DNA from: Utricularia gibba
Taxonomy: Eukaryota; Plantae; Magnoliophyta
DNA: 20,710 nucleotides
Assembly (NCBI GenBank): GCA_002189035.1
Contig: NEEC01000443.1
Location: 1 to 20,710, forward strand
Direction of reading: 5' to 3'
Shown here: piece after piece, positions 13,113 through 20,710 of the stretch
How positions within the stretch are numbered: position 1 is the stretch's first letter
Layout: each line of letters opens with the position of its first letter
The notes under the pieces: model-generated
Database searches by the model: none
Seen by the model: the letters and a program-made list of their open reading frames with translations, nothing else
Told to the model about the DNA's origin: nothing
Translations under genes and position numbers: made by a program

Positions 13113-15863
13113 GGTCAGAACGAAGTTCACAACGACATCACCCGCCCAAAAACGACAAGCTTTTCCTTGAGAAACCATGTAGGCAGCCAATTAAAACCCA
13201 ACGTTAAGAAATGCATCAAGTTTTTTGCCGAGCCACAAATGACTATGGGCCCGAGCTCGACTCGACCTCCTTCTCGATACCGTTGCCCCACGAGAGCGCC
13301 TCCTCAATATAAAGCATGCGGTTGAGAAAACCATTTTGGGTGCTCATGACATCCTAACTTCAATAAGTGCAGCACGATTTTCGTCGAGTAGGACCCGATG
13401 TGGCAAAGGAACCTTGGGTCAGAACGAAGTTCACAACGACATCACCCGCCCAAAAACGACAAGCTTTTCCTTGAGAAACCATGTAGGCAGCCAATTAAAA
13501 CCCAACGTTAAGAAATGCATCAAGTTTTTTGCCGAGCTACAAATGACTATGGGCCCGAGCTCGACTCGCTCGATACCGTTGCCCACGAGAGCGCCTCCTC
13601 AGATATAAAGCATGCGGTTGAGAAAACCATTTTGGGTGCTTATGACATCCTAACTTCAATAAGTGCATCACGATTTTCGTCGAGTAGGACCCGATGTGGC
13701 AAAGGAGTCAGACCGAACCTTGGGTCAGAACGAAGTTCACAACGACATCACCCGCCCAAAAACGACAAGCTTTTCCTTGAGAAACCATGTAGGCAGCCAA
13801 TTAAAACCCAACGTTAAGAAATGCATCAAGTTTTTTGCCGAGCCACAAATGACTATGGGCCCGAGCTCGACTCGACCTCCTTCTCGATACCGTTGCCCCA
13901 CGAGAGCGCCTCCTCAGATATAAAGCATGCGGTTGAGAAAACCATTTTGGGTGCTCATGACATCCTAACTTCAATAAGTGCATCACGATTTTCGTCGAGT
14001 AGGACCCGATGTGGCAAAGGAGTCAGACCGAACCTTGGGTCAGAACGAAGTTCACAACGACATCCCGCCAAAAACGACAAGCTTTTCCTTGAGAAACCAT
14101 GTAGGCAGCCAATTAAAACCCAACGTTAAGAAATGCATCAAGTTTTTTGCCGAGCACAAATGACTATGGCCCGAGCTCGACTCGACCTCCTTCTCGATAC
14201 CGTTGCCCCACGAGAGCGCCTCCTCAGATATAAAGCATGCGGTTGAGAAAACCATTTTGGGTGCTTATGACATCCTAACTTCAATAAGTGCATCACGATT
14301 TTCGTCGAGTAGGACCCGATGTACCTTGGGTCAGAACGAAGTTCACAACGACATCACCCGCCCAAAAACGACAAGCTTTTCCTTGAGAAACCATGTAGGC
14401 AGCCAATTAAAACCAACGTTAAAAATGCATCAAGTTTTTTGCCGAGCACAAATGACTATGGGCCCGAGCTCGACTCGACCTCCTCTCGATACCGTTGCCC
14501 CACGAGAGCGCCTCCTCAGATATAAAGCATGCGGTTGAGAAAACCATTTTGGGTGCTCATGACATCCTAACTTCAATAAGTGCAGCACGATTTTCGTCGA
14601 GTAGGACCCGTGGCAAAGGAGTCAGACCGAACCTTGGGTCAGAACGAAGTTCACAACGACATCACCGCCCAAAAACGACAAGCTTTTCCTTGAGAAACCA
14701 TGTAGGCAGCCAATTAAAACCCAACGTTAAGAAATGCATCAAGTTTTTTGCCGAGCACAAATGACTATGGGCCCGAGCTCGACTCGACCTCCTTCTCGAT
14801 ACCGTTGCCCCACGAGAGCGCCTCCTCAGATATAAAGCATGCGGTTGAGAAAACCATTTTGGGTGCTTATGACATCCTAACTTCAATAAGTGCATCACGA
14901 TTTTCGTCGAGTAGGACCCGATGTGGCAAAGGAGTCAGACCGAACCTTGGGTCAGAACGAAGTTCACAACGACATCACCCGCCCAAAAACGACAAGCTTT
15001 TCCTTGAGAAACCATGTAGGCAGCCAATTAAAACCCAACGTTAAGAAATGCATCAAGTTTTTTGCCGAGCCACAAATGACTATGGGCCCGAGCTCGACTC
15101 GACCTCCTTCTCGATACCGTTGCCCCACGAGAGCGCCTCCTCAGATATAAAGCATGCGGTTGAGAAAACCATTTTGGTGCTCATGACATCCTAACTTCAA
15201 TAAGTGCATCACGATTTTCGTCGAGTAGGACCCGATGTACCTTGGGTCAGAACGAAGTTCACAACGACATCACCGCCCAAAAACGACAAGCTTTTCCTTG
15301 AGAAACCATGTAGGCAGCCAATTAAAACCCAACGTTAAGAAATGCATCAAGTTTTTTGCCGAGCACAAATGACTATGGGCCCGAGCTCGACTCGACCTCC
15401 TTCTCGATACCGTTGCCCCACGAGAGCGCCTCCTCAGATATAAAGCATGCGGTTGAGAAAACCATTTTGGGTGCTTATGACATCCTAACTTCAATAAGTG
15501 CATCACGATTTCGTCGAGTAGGACCCGATGTGGCAAAAGGAAACCTTGGGTCAGAACGAAGTTCACAACGACATCACCCGCCCAAAAACGACAAGCTTTT
15601 CCTTGAGAAACCATGTAGGCAGCCAATTAAAACCCAACGTTAAGAAATGCATCAAGTTTTTTGCCGAGCCACAAATGACTATGGGCCCGAGCTCGACTCG
15701 ACCTCCTTCTCGATACCGTTGCCCCACGAGAGCGCCTCCTCAGATATAAAGCATGCGGTTGAGAAAACCATTTTGGGTGCTCATGACATCCTAACTTCAA
15801 TAAGTGCATCACGATTTTCGTCGAGTAGGACCCGATGTGGCAAAGGAGTCAGACCGAACCTTG
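13113..15863 (+). repeat. Putative two-monomer (~610-630 bp) higher-order repeat block
   Basis: The GTGCT[C/T]ATG allele reads C,T,C,T,C,T,C,T,C over nine consecutive monomers. Confidence 0.5.
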
Positions 15864-17081
15864 GGTCAGAACGAAGTTCACAACGACATCACCCGCCCAA
15901 AAACGACAAGCTTTTCCTTGAGAAACCATGTAGGCAGCCAATTAAAACCCAACGTTAAGAAATGCATCAAGTTTTTGCCGAGCACAAATGACTATGGGCC
16001 CGAGCTCGACTCGACCTCCTTCTCGATACCGTTGCCCCACGAGAGCGCCTCCTCAGATATAAAGCATGCGGTTGAGAAAACCATTTTGGGTGCTCATGAC
16101 ATCCTAACTTCAATAAGTGCATCACGATTTTCGTCGAGTAGGACCCGATGTGGCAAAGGAGTCTTGGGTCAGAACGAAGTTCACAACGACATCACCGCCC
16201 AAAAACGACAAGCTTTTCCTTGAGAAACATGTAGGCAGCCAATTAAAACCCAACGTTAAGAAATGCATCAAGTTTTTTGCCGAGCACAAATGACTATGGG
16301 CCCGAGCTCGACTCGACCTCCTTCTCGATACCGTTGCCCACGAGACCTCAGATATAAAGCATGCGGTTGAGAAAACCATTTTGGGTGCATCCTAACTTCA
16401 ATAAGTGCATCACGATTTTCGTCGAGTAGGACCCGATGTGGCAAAGGAGTCAGACCGAACCTTGGGTCAGAACGAAGTTCACAACGACATCACCCGCCCA
16501 AAAACGACAAGCTTTTCCTTGAGAAACCATGTAGGCAGCCAATTTAAACCCAACGTTAAGAAATGCATCAAGTTTTTTGCCGAGCTACAAATGACTATGG
16601 GCCGAGCTCGACTCGACCATCGATACCGTTGCCCCACGAGAGCGCCTCCTCAGATATAAAGCATGCGGTTGAGAAAACCATTTTGGGTGCTTCATGACAT
16701 CCTAACTTCAATAAGTGCATCACGATTTTCGTCGAGTAGGACCCGATGTGGCAAAGGAGTCAGGAACCTTGGGTCAGAACGAAGTTCACAACGACATCAC
16801 CCGCCCAAAAACGACAAGCTTTTCCTTGAGAAACCATGTAGGCAGCCAATTAAAACCCAACGTTAAAAATGCATCAAGTTTTTTGCCGAGCTACAAATGA
16901 CTATGGGCCCGAGCTCGACTCGACCTCCTTCTCGATACCGTTGCCCCACGAGAGCGCCTCCTCAGATATAAAGCATGCGGTTGAGAAAATTTTGGGTGCT
17001 TATGACATCCTAACTTCAATAAGTGCATCACGATTTCGTCGAGTAGGACCCGATGTGGCAAAGGAGTCAGACCGAACCTTG

Positions 17082-19896
17082 GGTCAGAACGAAGTTCACA
17101 ACGACATCACCCGCCCAAAAACGACAAGCTTTTCCTTGAGAAACCATGTAGGCAGCCAATTAAAACCCAACGTTAAGAAATGCATCAAGTTTTTTGCCGA
17201 GCACAAATGACTATGGGCCCGAGCTCGACTCGACCTCCTTCTCGATACCGTTGCCCCACGAGAGCGCCTCCTCAGATATAAAGCATGCGGTTGAGAAAAC
17301 CATTTTGGGTGCTTATGACATCCTAACTTCAATAAGTGCATCACGATTTTCGTCGAGTAGGACCCGATGTGGCAAAGGAGTCAGACCGAACCTTGGGTCA
17401 GAACGAAGTTCACAACGACATCACCCGCCCAAAAACGACAAGCTTTTCCTTGAGAAACCATGTAGGCAGCCAATTAAAACCCAACGTTAAGAAATGCATC
17501 AAGTTTTTTGCCGAGCCACAAATGACTATGGGCCCGAGCTCGACTCGACCTCCTGCTCGATACCGTTGCCCCACGAGAGCGCCTCCTCAGATATAAAGCA
17601 TGCGGTTGAGAAAACCATTTTGGGTGCTATGACATCCTAACTTCAATAAGTGCATCACGATTTTCGTCGAGTAGGACCCGATGTGGCAAAGGAGTCAGAC
17701 CGAACCTTGGGTCAGAACGAAGTTCACAACGACATCACCCGCCCAAAAACGACAAGCTTTTCCTTGAGAAACCATGTAGGCAGCCAATTAAAACCCAACG
17801 TTAAGAAATGCATCAAGTTTTTTGCGAGCTACAAATGACTATGGGCCCGAGCTCGACTCGACCTCCTTCTCGATACCGTTGCCCCACGAGAGCGCCTCCT
17901 CAGATATAAAGCATGCGGTTGAGAAAACCATTTTGGTGCTTATGACATCCTAACTTCAATAAGTGCATCACGATTTTCGTCGAGTAGGACCCGATGTGGC
18001 AAAGGAGTCAGACCGAACCTTGGGTCAGAACGAAGTTCACAACGACATCACCCGCCCAAAAACGACAAGCTTTTCCTGAGAAACCATGTAGGCAGCCAAT
18101 TAAAACCCAACGTTAAGAAATGCATCAAGTTTTTTGCCGAGCCACAAATGACTATGGGCCCGAGCTCGACTCGACCTCCTTCTCGATACCGTTGCCCCAC
18201 GAGAGCGCCTCCTCAGATATAAAGCATGCGGTTGAGAAAACCATTTTGGGTGCTCATGACATCCTAACTTCAATAAGTGCATCACGATTTTCGTCGAGTA
18301 GGACCCGATGTGGCAAAGGAGTCAGACCGAACCTTGGGTCAGAACGAAGTTCACAACGACATCACCGCCCAAAAACGACAAGCTTTTCCTTGAGAAACCA
18401 TGTAGGCAGCCAATTAAAACCCAACGTTAAGAAATGCATCAAGTTTTTTGCCGAGCTACAAATGACTATGGGCCCGAGCTCGACTCGACCTCCTTCTCGA
18501 TACCGTTGCCCCACGAGAGCGCCTCCTCAGATATAAAGCATGCGGTTGAGAAAACCATTTTGGGTGCTTATGACATCCTAACTTCAATAAGTGCATCACG
18601 ATTTTCGTCGAGTAGGACCCGATGTGGCAAAGGAGTCAGACCGAACCTTGGGTCAGAACGAAGTTCACAACGACATCACCCGCCAAAAACGACAAGCTTT
18701 TCCTTGAGAAACCATGTAGGCAGCCAATTAAAACCCAACGTTAAGAAATGCATCAAGTTTTTTGCCGAGCACAAATGACTATGGGCCCGAGCTCGACTCG
18801 ACCTCCTTCTCGATACCGTTGCCCCACGAGAGCGCCTCCTCAGATATAAAGCATGCGGTTGAGAAAACCATTTTGGGTGCTCATGACATCCTAACTTCAA
18901 TAAGTGCATCACGATTTTCGTCGAGTAGGACCCGATGTGGCAAAGAGTCAGACCGAACCTTGGGTCAGAACGAAGTTCACAACGACATCACCCGCCCAAA
19001 AACGACAAGCTTTTCCTTGAGAAACCATGTAGGCAGCCAATTAAAACCCAACGTTAAGAAATGCATCAAGTTTTTTTGCCGAGCTACAAATGACTATGGG
19101 CCCGAGCTCGACTCGACCTCCTCTCGATACCGTTGCCCACGAGAGCGCCTCCTCAGATATAAAGCATGCGGTTGAGAAAACCATTTTGGGTGCTATGACA
19201 TCCTAACTTCAATAAGTGCATCACGATTTTCGTCGAGTAGGACCCGATGTGGCAAAGGAGTCAGACCGAACCTTGGGTCAGAACGAAGTTCACAACGACA
19301 TCACCCGCCCAAAAACGACAAGCTTTCCTTGAGAAACCATGTAGGCAGCCAATTAAAACCCAACGTTAAGAAATGCATCAAGTTTTTTGCCGAGCCACAA
19401 ATGACTATGGGCCGAGCTCGACTCGACCTCCTTCTCGATACCGTTGCCCCACGAGAGCGCCTCCTCAGATATAAAGCATGCGGTTGAGAAAACCATTTTG
19501 GTGCTCATGACATCCTAACTTCAATAAGTGCAGCACGATTTTCGTCGAGTAGGACCCGATGTGGCAAAGGAGTCAGACCGAACCTTGGGTCAGAACGAAG
19601 TTCACAACGACATCACCGCCCAAAAACGACAAGCTTTTCCTTGAGAAACCATGTAGGCAGCCAATTAAAACCCAACGTTAAAATGCATCAAGTTTTTTCG
19701 AGCTACAAATGACTATGGGCCCGAGCTCGACTCGACCTCCTTCTCGATACCGTTGCCCCACGAGAGCGCCTCCTCAGATATAAAGCATGCGGTTGAGAAA
19801 ACCATTTTGGGTGCTTATGACATCCTAACTTCAATAAGTGCATCACGATTTCGTCGAGTAGGACCCGATGTGGCAAAGGAGTCAGACCGAACCTTG
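17082..19896 (+). repeat. Putative two-monomer (~630 bp) higher-order repeat block of full-length monomers
   Basis: Nine monomers alternate haplotype I/II. GAG[CT/CC]ACA reads c,cc,ct,cc,ct,c,ct,cc,ct and GTGCT[C/T]ATG reads T,-,T,C,T,C,-,C,T. Confidence 0.5.
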
Positions 19897-20211
19897 GGTC
19901 AGAACGAAGTTCACAACGACATCACCCGCCCAAAAACGACAAGCTTTTCCTTGAGAAACCATGTAGGCAGCCAATTAAAACCCAACGTTAAGAAATGCAT
20001 CAAGTTTTTTGCCGAGCTACAAATGACTATGGGCCCGAGCTCGACTCGACCTCCTTCTCGATACCGTTGCCCCACGAGAGCGCCTCCTCAGATATAAAGC
20101 ATGCGGTTGAGAAAACCATTTTGGGTGCTTATGACATCCTAACTTCAATAAGTGCATCACGATTTTCGTCGAGTAGGACCCGATGTGGCAAAGGAGTCAG
20201 ACCGAACCTTG
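19897..20211 (+). repeat. Representative full-length 315-bp monomer (haplotype I: GAGCTACA / GTGCTTATG / GTGCATCAC / CTCCTCAGAT)
   Basis: This copy carries none of the deletions seen elsewhere and the next start is exactly 315 bp later. It has 151/315 G+C and 19 CpG by manual count. Confidence 0.95.
19951..20106 (+). repeat. Internal subunit A (~156 bp) of the monomer
   Basis: Starts TTGAGAAACCATGTAGG. 19951-20016 aligns to 20107-20173 at 48/67 columns (72%, one gap). Confidence 0.85.
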
Positions 20212-20265
20212 GGTCAGAACGAAGTTCACAACGACATCACCCGCCCAAAAACGACAAGCTTTTCC
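20107..20265 (+). repeat. Internal subunit B (~159 bp) of the monomer
   Basis: Starts TTGAGAAAACCATTTTGG and is paralogous to subunit A. Shared blocks include TTGAGAAA-CCAT, AAC-T-AA-AA-TGCATCA-G-TTTT-G-CGAG and ACGA...AAGC. Confidence 0.85.
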
Positions 20266-20521
20266 TTGAGAAACCATGTAGGCAGCCAATTAAAACCCAA
20301 CGTTAAGAAATGCATCAAGTTTTTTGCCGAGCCACAAATGACTATGGGCCCGAGCTCGACTCGACCCCTTCTCGATACCGTTGCCCCACGAGAGCGCCTT
20401 ATCAAATATAAAGCATGCGGTTGAGAAAACCATTTTGGGTGCTCATGACATCCTAACTTCAATAAGTGCACATTTCGTCGAGTAGGACCCGATGTGGCAA
20501 AAGGAGTCAGACCGAACCTTG
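20212..20521 (+). repeat. Haplotype II-like monomer (GAGCCACA, GCGCCTTATCAAATAT, GTGCTCATG)
   Basis: The same combination of substitutions recurs in the monomers starting at 3653 and 5471, which also carry GTGCAGCAC, and largely in the one at 12190. Confidence 0.75.
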
Positions 20522-20710
20522 GGTCAGAACGAAGTTCACAACGACATCACCCGCCCAAAAACGACAAGCTTTTCCTTGAGAAACCATGTAGGCAGCCAAT
20601 TAAAAACCCAACGTTAAGAAATGCATCAAGTTTTTTGCCGAGCCACAAATGACTATGGGCCCGAGCTCGACTCGACCACCTCTCGATACCGTTGCCCCAC
20701 GAGAGCGCCT

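Larger units (their letters stand above)
1..20710. repeat. Tandem satellite array, 315-bp consensus monomer, ~67.6 head-to-tail copies, all in one orientation, no flanks in the window
   Basis: GGTCAGAAC recurs at 1, 302, 612, 916, 1229 ... 19897, 20212, 20522 (68 starts; 20521/67 = ~306 bp mean spacing). Every copy has the same landmarks in order: AAGCTT, AACGTT, ATGCAT, GGGCCCGAGCTC, GCATGC, CCTTGG. I saw no unique sequence, inversion or insertion. Confidence 0.99.

Noticed and set aside
19976-19983. Telomeric repeat
   Set aside because: Only isolated degenerate words (TAAAACCC, TTTTGGG) occur, with no tandem TTTAGGG or TTAGGG.
20031-20053. Synthetic polylinker (adjacent ApaI and SacI sites plus HindIII, AclI, NsiI and SphI in the unit)
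   Set aside because: Six 6-bp palindromes in 315 bp is close to the ~5 expected by chance, the order matches no vector MCS I know, and the unit shows natural internal paralogy.
20031-20080. HDV-like ribozyme resemblance (CCTCCTTCTCG on +, GGGGCAAC on -)
   Set aside because: The two motifs are on opposite strands, and I could not build the P1/P3 pairings on either strand.
20085-20172. Hammerhead ribozyme (retrozyme or newt satellite-2-like): the minus strand has CTGAGGA and a CGAAA...GTC
   Set aside because: No GAAA follows CUGAGGA at stem II distance. In the permuted arrangement stem II does not pair, and the stem III pair next to the conserved A-U is an A/G mismatch. The CUGAGGA is destroyed in the TTATCAAAT and CTCCTCAAT variants. 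An Infernal/Rfam scan of a doubled monomer would settle it.
20163-20179. CENP-B box-like motif starting TTTCGTCGAG
   Set aside because: It lacks the conserved A and the CGGG of NTTCGNNNNANNCGGGN.
19897-20211. 5S rDNA, tRNA or snRNA tandem unit, or rDNA spacer subrepeat
   Set aside because: There is no 5S coding sequence, cloverleaf, convincing A/B box or Pol I initiation motif.
1-20710. CRISPR array
   Set aside because: There are no unique spacers. The whole 315-bp unit repeats, and there is no leader or cas gene.
1-20710. Rolling-circle concatemer of a single small circle (viroid-like RNA, eccDNA or library artefact)
   Set aside because: Linked multi-site haplotypes and positional domains require several distinct templates, whereas one circle would give unlinked errors. 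A circle containing several monomers is not excluded.

Overview
The whole 20,710-bp window is one uninterrupted head-to-tail tandem array (satellite DNA) that runs off both ends. It holds 67 complete monomers plus about 0.6 of another. The full-length consensus is 315 bp (about 48% GC; clean copy at 19897-20211). Mean observed spacing is about 306 bp because nearly all deviations from consensus are deletions. I found no credible gene, RNA gene, CRISPR array or mobile element, and every ORF in the track is a translation of the same unit. The structure is hierarchical. (1) The 315-bp unit is a diverged dimer of ~156/159-bp subunits (48/67 aligned columns identical in the best block). (2) Monomers fall into two linked SNP haplotypes that alternate for up to 9 consecutive copies, suggesting a nascent ~630-bp higher-order repeat. 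(3) A deletion hotspot just before the monomer junction creates long and short monomers that also tend to alternate, and it disappears after ~16,770. Much of the fine variation looks like long-read or consensus error, so findings 2 and 3 need raw-read confirmation. I cannot name the family or organism; it resembles a plant subtelomeric or heterochromatic satellite by inference only. All counts were made by hand.
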